Positions 35,906 to 49,032 are shown, counted from the stretch's first letter. The stretch is DNA of 64,000 nucleotides from Octopus sinensis (GCF_006345805.1 NC_043003.1:32922001-32986000); one strand, 5' to 3'. Notes: generated by a model not told the origin, from the letters alone. Numbers and translations are program-made.

Positions 35906-38026
35906 TAGTTTTATTTTTATAGTGTGCTTTCACTTCACTACCGAGCGCAGCTCTGTGTGCCTTGGGTATGTGCTGTGATTTGTTGTGATGCTTTGATGGT
36001 TATTGTATGGAAAGGATTCTGCGTAGGATGTGTGCAGTGCCTAGTAGTGCAATTTTCTGTATGTTATATGTGTTTGTAAGTCCTGGTGTTTTTGTTATGT
36101 ATTTGTCTGAATATTTTTTTATCATGCCTAATGCATCTACTATGATAGGAATTGTTTCTGTTTTCAGATTCCACATTCTAGTTACCTCTATTTCCAGGTC
36201 TTTGTATTTTGAGAGTTTCTCCATTTCTTTTAGAGACACGTTGTCATCTGCCGGTATTGATACATCAATTAGAAAGCATTTTTTTCTTCATGATCTCTGA
36301 CAACTATATCTGGTCTGTTGGCCTTAATTTCTCTATCTGTGTGTATCGGCATATCCCAGAGTATGGTTGCTTTCTCGTTTTCTGTGACCTTTTCTGGTGT
36401 GTGCCTATACCATCTTTTTTCTGTTGTTATTCCATAATGTTGGCATAGCTTCCAATGTATGTAGGTTCCAACTCTGTCATGTCTGTGAATATATTCCTTC
36501 TTAGCCAGGACTGGGCAGCTAGAGATAATATGATTTATTGTTTCTTGTCCATCTCCACATATTCTGCAGTTACTTGTAATATTTCTTTTCATTACATGTT
36601 TTTGGTAATTTCTGGTGGGGAGGCTTCGGTCTTGTGCTGCAATTAAAAATCCCTCTGTTTCTGCTTTGAGTCCTGAGCTTCTCAACCATTGCTGGGATTT
36701 TTCTTTGTCTATTTCTTTTGCGTTTAGTTTAGTCCAGTATTTACCATGAAGGGGCTTTTCTTGCCATCGTTTTATCATGGTTCGTTGCTGTTCTACTTTT
36801 AGTTTGGATTTCATTTGTTTTATAGCTTTTGTTGTTTCTTCATCTTCTTCTTCTTCTTCATGTTTATTAGGTGGTATGATTTCTTGTTTGTATTTGTCAG
36901 CTTCCTTAAATACTGAGAAGAGTTTTTTGTTTTGCTCGTGTTTTGCCGCTATCTGGATCAGTTTTCCTTCCTTCTGAAGTAGATATTTTTGCAGTCCTAT
37001 GGTGGTTATTTTATAGTAGTTTCCCAGCTGTATAAGGCCTCTACCACCTTCTATACGTTGTATATATAGTCTTTCTATGTCAGATTTTGGGTGATGCATC
37101 CTAGATACTGTCATTATTTTTCTTGTTTTCCTATCTATTTTGGTCAGTTCATTTCGTGTCCAGTTAAGGATATTGTAGCTGTAACTTATAACTGGGACAG
37201 CTAAAGTGTTGATACCTATTATCTTGTTTTTAGCATTGAGCTCTGTTTTTAGTATTGATCTAACTCGTCTATAATATTCTTTTTTTTATTTTCTCTTTCA
37301 TTTGTGTGTGTTGTGTCTTATCTAATTCATGGATTCCTAAGTATTTGTAAGTTTGACTTTAGTCTAATTCTTTTATTTCATTGGTTTTATCTAGTGTGAT
37401 GTTGTTACTCTTAACTAGTTTTCCTCTTTTCATGGTTACTTTGGCGCGTTTTTCTAATCCAAATTTCATATCTATTTCTTTGGTAAATCCATGAACTGTC
37501 TTTAATAGTGTTTCCAGCTGTTTGTCATTTGCAGCGTATAGTTTTAGGTCATCCATATATAAAAGGTGGCTGATCGTTTTGCCGTAACATTTATATCCGC
37601 ATCCAGTTCTATTTAGTATATCAGATAGAGGTGACAGTGCCAAGCAGAATAGAAGTGGAGAGAGCATGTCTCCCTAGAATATTCCTCTTCTAATGGGGAT
37701 GTCTTTGGTTTTCATGAGTCCCTCTTTTGTTTGGAGGTGTAGGACTGTTTGCCATTTATTCATAGAGTGCTCTATGAATTTTATGATTGTTGGTGCTACT
37801 TTGTTAATGGCTAGTGTTTCGAGGATCCATGTGTGGGGGATGCTATCAAACGCCTTTTTGTAGTCAATCCAGGCCATACTGAGGCCTTTCTTCTTTCCGT
37901 GGCTGTCTTCAGTTATGGCTTTATTAATCATTAGTTGATCTTTACAGCCATATGAGCCTTTGCGGCATCCTTTCTGCTCTTCTGGGAACAGTTTGTTTTC
38001 GCCCAGGTGCTTGTTCAGCCTTTGCG

Positions 38027-38092
<66 letters not shown>

Positions 38093-38148
38093 TCCATTGC
38101 TTGGGATCGAACTCGAAATCTTGGGGTTAGTAGCACGCACTCTTAACC
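35794..38148 (-). mobile_element. Family H (tRNA-head/(AAT)n) copy split by the Dong insertion
   Basis: Head at 38148-38090 (GGTTAAGAGTGCGTGCTACTAACCCCAAGATTTCGAGTTCGATCCC), (AAT)n 38089-38027, Dong, (AAT)n 35902-35848, body CATCGAAAAATACCTTAGGAATGAGAACCCAGGTTCGAAATTTCCCCAAGACA to 35794. Confidence 0.85.
35903..38026 (-). mobile_element. Dong/R4-clade non-LTR retrotransposon (RT + restriction-like endonuclease), 5'-truncated, inserted in (TAA)n
   Basis: EQKGCR, WIDYKKAFDS, LSPLLFCL, YMDDLKL, YKYLG, CCHC finger CRICGDGQETINHIISSC, RHD, NRPDIV, IDVSIP..KEMEKLSKY. (TAA)n on both sides; at least two stops and two frameshifts. Confidence 0.95.
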
Positions 38149-38174
38149 CCAAGATTTCGAGTTCGATTCCAAGC

Positions 38175-38237
<63 letters not shown>

Positions 38238-38397
38238 TATAATATCATCGAAAAATACCTTAGGAATGAGAACCCAGGTTCGAAATTTCCCCAAGACACC
38301 TGATGAAGGCTAGAGGGGTATATCAGTCAAGATGAGGACGAATATCCGTCAGATGTAGATAATGTAGCTAATTCCTCATCTCTTAAATATAGAACTG
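38144..38397 (+). mobile_element. Family H copy, head-to-head with 35794-38148; hammerhead partly deleted
   Basis: Has GACAC-CTGATGA-AGGCT (38295-38311) but lacks the ~23 nt CGAAACGTTGTGTTAACAACAAA present in the 25.7-kb copy. Confidence 0.85.
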
Positions 38398-38974
38398 AGT
38401 TACGCAGTATGTTTTTGTGCGGGTCTTTGATGATGCATGCTAAACCACCAATTCTGCGATCACATGTCCTGGAAACAAATCTTTGGTCCTGACTTGCAAC
38501 TCAAATGAATACTGAAGAGCCCGGCTTGTGTTCTGTGAATTAGATCACATTCTAATGTCTGACCTGTTGTAATTTTTATTTAGCCCCAGGTCAGTCCTGC
38601 TTAAGAAGACTTACAATGAAATTTAATGTAGCCATGGTCATTAGCATGTTCTGTACTGCACTGGTCAGTGTGTTCTGCCTCTTTCAAAATACAGTAGAGT
38701 GTGATTTACATTAAATTTAACTACTATTACTACTAAGTCGAACAACTATACAGACGATCCTTCGTTGATTTTCTGAAAATTAAGTTGTATTATTTTTATT
38801 TTTCGTGGCTTCGTGAGAGGAGTAAAAAAAAATGCCCATTTCCTTTTTGTAACTCTCCAAATTTGGTGTGGGTAAAAGAAAGAGTTATCTTAAAGCTGGA
38901 GACGTGACATAAATGCATCCAGCCGAATGAACTCTCCTTAAAAAGCCTAAAAGAAATTATGGAAAACACGTAAT

Positions 38975-39182
38975 GGTTTCAAATCTTGGCACAGGGCCAG
39001 CAGGATTTTAGGGGAGGGGGAAGTGAATTACACCTACCCCAGCACTTGACTGGTATTTATTTTATCGATCCCTAAAGGATGAAAGGAAAAGTCAACCGCG
39101 GCTGTATTTGAAATCAGAATTTAAAGTCGGAACAAATGCTGATATGCATTTTGTCTGGTGCGGTAACGAATCTGCCATCTCG
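38975..39182 (-). mobile_element. SINE family B-related copy
   Basis: CTGGTATTTATTTTATCGATCCCTAAAGGATGAAAGG...TCTGCCATCTCGC. Confidence 0.75.
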
Positions 39183-39603
39183 CTGTCCAGATTTAGTAAC
39201 CTTTAGGAGGGACAAACAAGAGCGTCTAATAATTGACGTGTCAGAGCCAGAAGATCAACATATCATCATGAAAGAAAGAGAAAAGAAAGATAAATATAGA
39301 AACCTGAGAATTGAGATCGCTAAGATGTGGCAGCTACGAGATTCAAACATAAAGGTTATCCCTATTGTCATCGGAGTATTGGGTTTCATACCAACTAATC
39401 TAAAAAAAGCATCCGAAAACCTTAGAAATACCCTACAATCTAGACGTATTGCAAAAATCGGCATTACTTGGAACTGCACGCATATTGCGTAAAGTACTGT
39501 CTGTCTGAGGTCCTTGTTGTGACTTCACAAAGAGTACAACCTCCCGGTAGACATAATATCTTCAGTCATCAACCTCACGATATACTCTGCGACCTCTATG
39601 ATG

Positions 39604-39655
<52 letters not shown>

Positions 39656-39680
39656 TAATAACAATCATAATAATAATTCT
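39183..39680 (+). mobile_element. R4/Dong-clade 3' fragment (RLE domain, 3'UTR, (TAA)n tail)
   Basis: PDLV...IIDVSEPEDQHIIMKEREKKDKYRNLRIEI...IPIVIGVLG...LQKSALLGTARILRKVL*, followed by (TAA)n. Confidence 0.9.
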
Positions 39681-39878
39681 TTCTAATATATGCAAAAACC
39701 CTGAAATTTGTTGGGTAGGGGAGAGTCGATTACAAGGACTCCAGTGCTGAACTGGTACTTAAATTATTGACTCTGAAAGACAAAGTCGACTTCGATGGAA
39801 TTTGAACTCAGAGCGTAAAGGCAGACGAAACGTCGCTAAATCTTCTCTCCGACGCGCTCACGATTCTGCTAGCTCGAC
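39680..39878 (-). mobile_element. SINE family B-related copy
   Basis: AAAGTCGACTTCGATGGAATTTGAACTCAGAGCGTAAAG...ACGATTCTGCTAGCTCG. Confidence 0.75.
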
Positions 39879-40565
39879 ATATTGTCCCGTACCAAAACAA
39901 TAAATAATAATGTCAGTAAAAATGCAGCAATAATAGTAATGTGTAGAGCACTGTACTTACAATTGCGTTTTAATTTCATTTTGTAGCTCTTTAAATAATT
40001 TTTGAGTCCATTGCTGCTGTGGAAATGCCATGAACACCTCTACTTCCATTATACCCTAACCCCTACTTCTATGAATATATTACTGCATAATCTTATCAGG
40101 AGACTTTCATGAAGTAAATATCTGATTAGTTAGTTTTCCTCACAATTCATGCATTAGTTGAATGGCTTCTACTCACATATTAATGATAAAAGGGTGAAAT
40201 TAATTGATTTTAGGTGGTGACAGGATCAGAACCAAAGGTTAAGAATAATATCTTTGATATATAAAACTTCTAGATACAGGCCTCGAGGCAGTCAGCTTGG
40301 CATTGTTAAGCTATTGAAAGGTAACTTAATCATTATCCAGTCTTTCTAGTGTTTCATCTAATCTGGTCCAAAATATGATAGTTAATTTGTCTGTGCGAAA
40401 GTGTCTTATGACTGTATGGTTGTCTAGATATGCATATTTTGTGTAAGTCAGCACATCACACCAATGTGAATATAGAAACGCACAGATATTCACAAATATC
40501 TATATAAAAAGAGGCATTCACACTAATGAACTTTTGCCTATATTTTCGCAGATATGTGTGGACTC

Positions 40566-40604
<39 letters not shown>

Positions 40605-40621
40605 AGCATGTGTGTACGAAT

Positions 40622-40667
<46 letters not shown>

Positions 40668-40681
40668 GTACACACACACTC

Positions 40682-40716
<35 letters not shown>

Positions 40717-41488
40717 CTCATATACAAATATACGTAGATGCACTCATATACATGTATACATGCGAGTCTTTGTAATCTTATATCAGATATCAATATAAAA
40801 ATCAATACATACATATACTGAAATGCATTCATACTCATACATATTCATGTTTATACATCTGTGTGCTTTTGTGCTTGAATCTATGCACGCAAAACTTCAG
40901 CCATCCAGTCGTTTGTGTTAACAAAGAATACACAAACTTACCAAAGTATTGAACTAACTCCAAGACGTATACAACTCCAAATTGATAAATGAAGGAAAGT
41001 AAAGCATAACATTTATTATTATTTAGTTGTATCACCCAAAGTTTTATGTTGTCACTTGACTAGTTTCAACCTTGCTTCATATCTTTTGATGATTTTTAAA
41101 AATGTGTTAGTCGGAAAAGGAAGGGTAGAATTCATGACCCTTTTCGTGAAAGGAGGGAATTGGAATTGTTTTCTATGTGGAAAAGGGCACCCGAATTCAG
41201 ATGTTAAATCTCCCACCCAAGTGCAGTTGTGAGTTCCCACACAGCTTATATTTATTGATATTCATTCATAAAAGTTTAGTTAATCTGATTTCGCATATTG
41301 AGAGATGATCCCGAAACCACGTTGCTGTGAAGGGAATCTCTTAAACAATAGCGCTATCTGTACTTATTGAGATACAATTATCTAACATGCGTTCAGATCG
41401 ATTCAACCATATAAAATTATTTTCTCTCTAGTAATTTAAAGTTTTGTGCTACTATCACGTATTTTATGTTGCAATAATATCAATATTA

Positions 41489-41660
41489 AAAGGCGGGGAG
41501 TGGTAGAATCGTTAGCACCCCGGGCAAAATGTTTAGCGGCATTTCGTCCGTTTTTACGATCAAATTCTTATGAAGTTGAATTTGACCTTCATGCTTCCGA
41601 GGTCGATAAAAAAAGTACCAGTTAATTGACTTAACCATTTTCCGATATTGCTTTGAATTC
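41489..41660 (+). mobile_element. SINE family B-related copy
   Basis: AAGGCGGGGAGTGGTAGAATCGTTAGCA...TTCCGAGGTCGATAAAAAAAGTACCAG. Confidence 0.75.
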
Positions 41661-42848
41661 TTCCTGTAAAGAAAGGAATAGTTTCTAAATCCAGGACCAC
41701 CTTTCGGTTAAAGGATTTTATATAACGATAACATGAAAAATTTCCTCTGTTGAAATTCCTAAACGGCTTGCATAATTTTTACTGTTCCCCTTGCAGAATG
41801 AATTTGCAGCTCAAGAGAAAAGATTATATGTGACTGGAAATACCAGATTTTTCACATGAGGTACTTGAAAGTTTAGCTATATACGTGTATGTTCTTGTAT
41901 AAATTTTAAAATTTCTCGCTTTGAAAGTGTCAATTACTCATCCAGAGTGTAATCAATAAAAAACCCATCAAATTTATAGTTGCGTATGTGTATCTATATT
42001 CTGTGCACATATTTGTGGGTGCATAAATGCATATATTTGCAAGTATACATATATTTACATGAGTATGTATATACATTTTTGGTTGAACATAATGCTAAAC
42101 TTGTGGAATGTTTAAATTATTTTGAGTTTCACTAATTACTTGTAATTCTAACTTTTTAGTTAGCCATATCCTTTCTTGTTTGTTGATATTTAGCTTCTTA
42201 AGACTGATGCTGAGAGAGGTAATTTCAAACCCGTTTCCCTCAGTAATTACCAGTATAAATCTAATTTATATAATACTCCTATAATTACAGGTTTAACCTA
42301 ATTTTTATCCTTAATTTGACATTAAATAATTTAGATCACAAGGTACAATTTTCTTGTGACACAAATCATTATAGTTTGCTTCATATTCTTACATCTTCCA
42401 GAATGAATCAAAACACTTATGAAGCGGAACCGCAGTATTTTATATTGACTATTCTTTAATATCTCTGGTTAAATTTGGTTAAATTTCTTATTAATTATTT
42501 TTCATTCAATTACTAACTCATTTATGCTGGTGGAGTTTTCTACTGTCAGCTTTAACTTTTGGATATTCAATTTTTACTCAAGTGTACTCTCTTTGCAATC
42601 TCAAAACATTATTTCTATGTAATATTTGAGACTGTGGGAAGGAAATGTTGTCCGTTTGTAATTGATGAGTATCGATACATGGCTGATTGTTTTACATATA
42701 TCAACCTTTTTTTGTTCTCTGACTCCATGATAAAATATGTTTTATTGTTTTGGCTTGGCTTATTCTTTGATATCCTCAGTTGATTGCTTCATAATCATGG
42801 AAATAAACATTAATATGTCCGTATTCCATTTGTATTTCCTATCAACAG

Positions 42849-43325
42849 TAGTGGTTCTAAACCGGGGTCTACATGACACTTGGGGTTCCATGTAACATTT
42901 CGTTGTTAAAATTTATGTACAACAACTTGGTTTTAGTCTACAATGCACAAAATATTAAAAAAAATTTTTAATGAAATTCTTTTTAATATTTACTATTATA
43001 TTTAAGGCGATGAGCTGGCAGAATCGATAGTATGTCGGGCGAAATGCTTATCAGCATTTCGTCCGTCTTCACGTTTTGAGTTCAAATTACATCAAGGTCA
43101 ACGTTACCTTGCATCTATTCGGTGTCGATAAAATAAGTACCAGTTGAGTACTGGGGTCGATGCAGTCGACTTACTCCATTCCCGAAATTGCTGGTCTTCT
43201 ACCAAAATTTGAAATCAATATTTAATATTAAATGCATAACAACATTTTTTAATGGCAAAGGGGGCCAGAAGTGTAAAATAAGAATCATAGTGATCCACAG
43301 ACAAAAACCTGCTTGAGAACCATTG
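42849..43325. mobile_element. hAT (Charlie-like) MITE with a nested SINE B (43005-43220)
   Basis: TIRs TAGTGGTTCTAAA / TTGAGAACCATTG; 8-bp TSD ATCAACAG / ATCTACAG. Confidence 0.75.
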
Positions 43326-44088
43326 ATCTACAGTGTTTACCACCGTCGACCTCAATTCAATGGACTCTTTATCGAGTCAAATATGGGCTGTCTTTCAGCA
43401 GGTATATGTTTCTTCTTTTAAAAATATTTTCTTGAAATATATATGATTTAGAATAAATTTCAGTTGTTTATATCCTCTTCGTCTTTTAGCTTATAATACA
43501 TATAACATGCATGTTGCAGTGGTAATTGAACGGGAATGCTCAACTCTGCTGAGAGGTATAAAATAATGGCAGTTGAATCTAGCTTGCTTTCACACCTGAT
43601 GTTTAAGATTTCTGTATTCATGTGTCATAGAAATATGTTTCCATACAGGTATTTTGTACTGTCTCCTCTTTTGGGAATAAAATTACTACCAGCAACCCTC
43701 TTCTCGCTTTCAGCAAATGACACTCGCTTTCATAATGGTATTATTTTCATAAAATTTAGCTCTAAGTGAATTTCCAAAATCATAACATTCTTTTAATAAA
43801 ACCAACAGAGTGAAAATTCCTGCTATGTTATAGCAATTACATAAGTCTTAATTGATTCTATAACTCCCAGAAAATGTGCTTTATGATTTCGATTTCATAA
43901 TTATAACAAAACAAACACACCCTGAATGCATTCAAACGAGTCAAATCAGTGAATGTTGTTCGGGATCTTGTATATGCAGTTGTTCGCTACGGTTTTCCCC
44001 TGAAGAATGAAGAAAGTTGAAACTTTCTATGTTATGACAATAAAGGCGACAACAGTGAGTTGTTCTTCCGTCTGTTTACTAAACATGG

Positions 44089-44218
<130 letters not shown>

Positions 44219-45002
44219 GTGTATGAGTTTGTGTGTATGTGTGCGTATGCGTGTCTATAGATGTGTGCATGCATGCTTATTACAAATGCAAAGTGAAAAA
44301 ATTTTTCCGCAAATGTTATATATATATATATATGTGTGTATATATATACATACATATACAAACATACATATACAAACATACATATATATGAATGTATGCA
44401 TATAGGTGTCTATACGTATATACTACATACGCGCGTTCATACACTCATATATAAACACATTCTTACATACATATTACGTACGTACATACATGCATACATA
44501 CATATGTACTCTTGTGGCCACATGAGAACAAACAGGATATTTTACTAGGTAGAAATTAACGAAAAAGAATGCTTCATTAAAACTGTAAAACAAACCTCAG
44601 AAGCTCGCTCACACACACATACACACACACACACAGAAAGCTAAAAAGCAAAACCCAAACAGTAACACGTCATAATGTACTGTTTTTTTTCGCCCCCTAC
44701 TTGTAGCATACGATGTGCCTTGAAGGATACAGCGGTGTAGTGGTGATTAAAATGTCCCCACCGAGAGACGTGCCTTGAGCGAAAATGTCAGCAATGCAAT
44801 TTTAACAGTTTAACACGCCAACGCCGGCTGCGGTCTGAATGTTGCAAAGCACAAAATGAATTTGACAAGTAGCATTTGCAAGTAGAGAAGAGACAAGTAG
44901 CAAAAATCAAAAACCACAAAACAAAGAGAAATACAACGTATAAGGGAATATATATATATATAATATATATATATTATACTAATATAATATATATTATATA
45001 TA

Positions 45003-45046
<44 letters not shown>

Positions 45047-45219
45047 TATGTATGTATGTGGTATATATGTATTTATATGTGTAAACAAATAAATGTATAT
45101 ATTGCATACATATGAATAAATATATATGATACACACATATATATATGCAGGTAGGTAGATAGATAGATATAGATTATACATACACATTTATATAGATATA
45201 ATATAGATATATATATTAT

Positions 45220-45275
<56 letters not shown>

Positions 45276-45666
45276 AAACATACATATATATAAATTTGTA
45301 TGTATGTATATCTATATATCTATCTATCTATCTACCTACCTACCTACCTACCTATATATAACCATATATATGTGTGTGTATATATATATAAGCATATATA
45401 TGTATGTATGTATAAGTATACATAAATATATTTATTCATATGTATGCATATATACATTTATTTGTTTACACACATATATATATATATATGTATATATATA
45501 GACATTTTCATATATATATATTTATATATATGCACACCTGTTTATATCACTAAATACATAATTATCTATCTGTTTATCTATTCTATCTATTTATCTATTT
45601 ATCTATCTATCTATCTATCTATCTAATCTATCTATCTATCTATCTATATATCTATATATCTATATA

Positions 45667-45717
<51 letters not shown>

Positions 45718-46179
45718 CATTCATACATGCATACATACATACACACACAATGCACGCGCGAACACACACATATGCATATATGTATGCGCATATGTGTTTG
45801 TGTACATGCGACGAGAGATTTTATATGTGTTAGCTGTTGAAAGACCTAAATTTATACAAAATTTCATCTAGCTAATATCTAAGAAATGAAACAAAGAAAC
45901 ATCAACAAAGACTGCAATAAGAGAATACAAAATATAATAAAGGAAAACATAGATATAACACAACAGATAAGACAAACAAAATAAACAAAAGGATGTATGC
46001 AATAGAAAAATAAACTGTATAAAAGACTAGGAAAATACGTGGAAAACATAAACATACACTAGCGCACGTAGAAAGCACAATCAATATTATATATATGCAA
46101 GCGTGTCCGCGTGTTTATAAATTTATATAAGTATATATATAAAAGTACATACGTATATATGAATATATAGTTACAAGAA

Positions 46180-46225
<46 letters not shown>

Positions 46226-46703
46226 TAGATAGATAGATATGCATGCATATTTATATGTACATATATATATATATATATACCACATACATATCGTTATATA
46301 TTTCTTTATGCATATATATATATCTATATATCTATATATATATATATATATCTATATATATTAATGTGTACGTGTGTGTTTGTGTGAGTGTGTCTTTGTT
46401 TGTGTATACCAATGTTTTCTATGCAAATTGTATATTCACAGACAAAATTATGTACTAGCTATGTAAGCATGTATATGCATTTATATACATAAATATGTAT
46501 GAATATTTGTATACATATGTGTGTGTTGTGGGTGTGTGTTTGTGCGCGCGTATATTAGTCTGTGAGTGTGCGTGCTTGTGGTTGTGTTGTGTGTGCTTGG
46601 TGTGTATACCTATATATATATACATATATGTATATATATGTATATATATATATACATATAAATAAATATAGATAGATATATTTATATATATATATATATA
46701 TAG

Positions 46704-46736
<33 letters not shown>

Positions 46737-46767
46737 TATACACATATATATATATTACATATATATT

Positions 46768-46827
<60 letters not shown>

Positions 46828-46829
<2 letters not shown>

Positions 46830-47073
46830 TGATGCATGAGATATATACGTATACAAACACACACACACACATACGCCACTAAATGGTGTAATACAGAATA
46901 AATTAATATGAGAATGTGTCGTTGTAAGTTTTTCTTAATGATTGTGAAAATTTATGTCAAGATTGTGTTTGTGTTCAACGTGTTTTGTGACATAGCGTAG
47001 TTTCATGTTTGTGTAAAACTCTATAATAAATTAAGGCTAAAACAAGGGCTGCATATTAAATATAACTATATAC

Positions 47074-47144
<71 letters not shown>

Positions 47145-47167
47145 TATATAACAAATATATATATTAC

Positions 47168-47221
<54 letters not shown>

Positions 47222-47490
47222 TATATATAATATGTATGTATTGATGCATGAGATATATACGTATACAAACACACACACACACATACGCCACTAAATGGTG
47301 TAATACAGAATAAATTAATATGAGAATGTGTCGTTGTAAGTTTTCCTTAATGATTGTGAAAATTTATGTCAAGATTGTGTTTGTGTTCAACGGTTGTGAC
47401 ATAGCGTAGGTTTCATGTTTGTGTAAAACTCTATAATTAAATTAAGGCTAAAACAAGGGCTGCATATTAAAATATACTATATACGTACAT
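46828..47490. repeat. Tandem duplication, period ~412 bp, bounded by (TA)n
   Basis: ATTGATGCATGAGATATATACG...GGCTAAAACAAGGGCTGCATATT at 46828 and 47240; the copies differ mainly by small indels. Confidence 0.9.
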
Positions 47491-47518
47491 ATATATATAT
47501 ATATTATATATATAATAT

Positions 47519-47553
<35 letters not shown>

Positions 47554-47924
47554 TTATTTATTTATGATTTATTTATTTATATACATACACACACAGACAC
47601 AGATACAGGCAGAGAAACACTCACACACGCACACACTTATACATATACGTATGTGTATGTATGTATGTATGTATGTATGTATGTATGTATGCATGTATGT
47701 ATGTACAGTCGTGTATATCTGTGTGTGCATGTGTGCAAGCATATTTATATCTACATACACGACTTTTATATCCGCTCCTATGTTCAGCCTTTCCGATTCT
47801 CGTTAACTTTTTTCTCACTTTCTCATTACCCTATCATTCGCTTTTATGCATTTTCTTTATTTTGATTTCTGTACGTGCAAAGAGAACATGGACAGACATG
47901 AGGATGTAAAGTTGCTTATATACA

Positions 47925-48881
47925 CAGGGCGTTCGGGCTAAATTTGATAAATCGTGTTAAAGGGAAAAGAAACACAAGATCCCATTCAAAAATAAAAATA
48001 TTAAAAAAAAAATCAAAATATGTCATCTAGATTATGATTGGGAAATAACCGTTTACTTAAAACTGCCGTCCTCGGCCTCTACTGCGGGCTAGAGATGGCT
48101 CCAGACCCTGGTACTTGCATTCCTCATTGTGTCTCTGGAAATGTCTGCGAACGTTTCCTTGATCCCGATTACCAGGTTAGCCTTTGTGTTGCAGTCTGAG
48201 CAGTTGTCTTTCTCAACTACACCTCACACATAGTAATCCATGGGTTTATAATAGGGGTCACCAGCTTGGCCTTTATGCTGCAGTCAGAGCAGCTGTTGTC
48301 TTTCTCAACTACGCCTTTCTCATAGTAATCCATGGGTAAATTAGTAGGCAACGATTTGGAGCTGGTGAAGTTGTAGATATTCTCCGACAACAACGTCTGA
48401 CTCTTTCTGGAAGTATTTCCAGGAGAGGACTCTTGCTGCCACACATACAGCCTTCCTATAGTCACCCTCTGCAGCCAGAGTTTGATCACAGCCTCTAGTA
48501 GCTTTACATGACCGTCTACATTGAGCCTATGACCCTGTGGTGATTGCAGTTACAACACTTCCCGCATCACATTCTGCAAGCCACAGGTTCATCGTCTCTG
48601 TTGCAGTTGTTCATATCGCGTCTTGCAGCCTTTACCAAGTTCATAAAGCATTGAACAGTAGTCTTGATGTCAGCATTTTGATATTCGGCGCCAAGCATCA
48701 TGACACAGGTAGCTCTATTCCGGTACTCAACTGGCTTCTAGACCTCAATGTCTCCTAACTATTTCTCAAATATAATTTTATCCTTTATGCTCCCCAACGT
48801 CGTTGACTGTTTATCAAAGCATCAAGGTGCTCTTGGAAAACGAAGATACACAAAATCGTCAAATTCCCTCCGAACACCTTG
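47925..48881 (-). mobile_element. Internally deleted maT-like Tc1/mariner element
   Basis: Imperfect TIRs CAGGGCGTTCGGGCTAAATTTGA / TCAAATTCCCTCCGAACACCTTG. Remnants YVWQQES and PMDYYV.GVVEKD; internal ~89-bp tandem duplication at 48171-48336. Confidence 0.75.
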
Positions 48882-49032
48882 TATACATCCTAAACACATG
48901 CAGGCATGTTCAAATATGAACGAATATATATATAAGAAGGAGTATCCTTCTGCGACTATGCGCACGAGTATGCGTTTATGTTGTATTCGCATACATTATA
49001 TGCATACAGTCAGGTATATGTATATATGCATA

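Noticed and set aside
43995-44030. CTGAAGA...GAAAC hammerhead-like spacing
   Set aside because: No convincing stem I or II.
44714-44776. Two GTGCCTT miR-124 seed matches
   Set aside because: No evidence this is a 3'UTR; 7-mers occur by chance.
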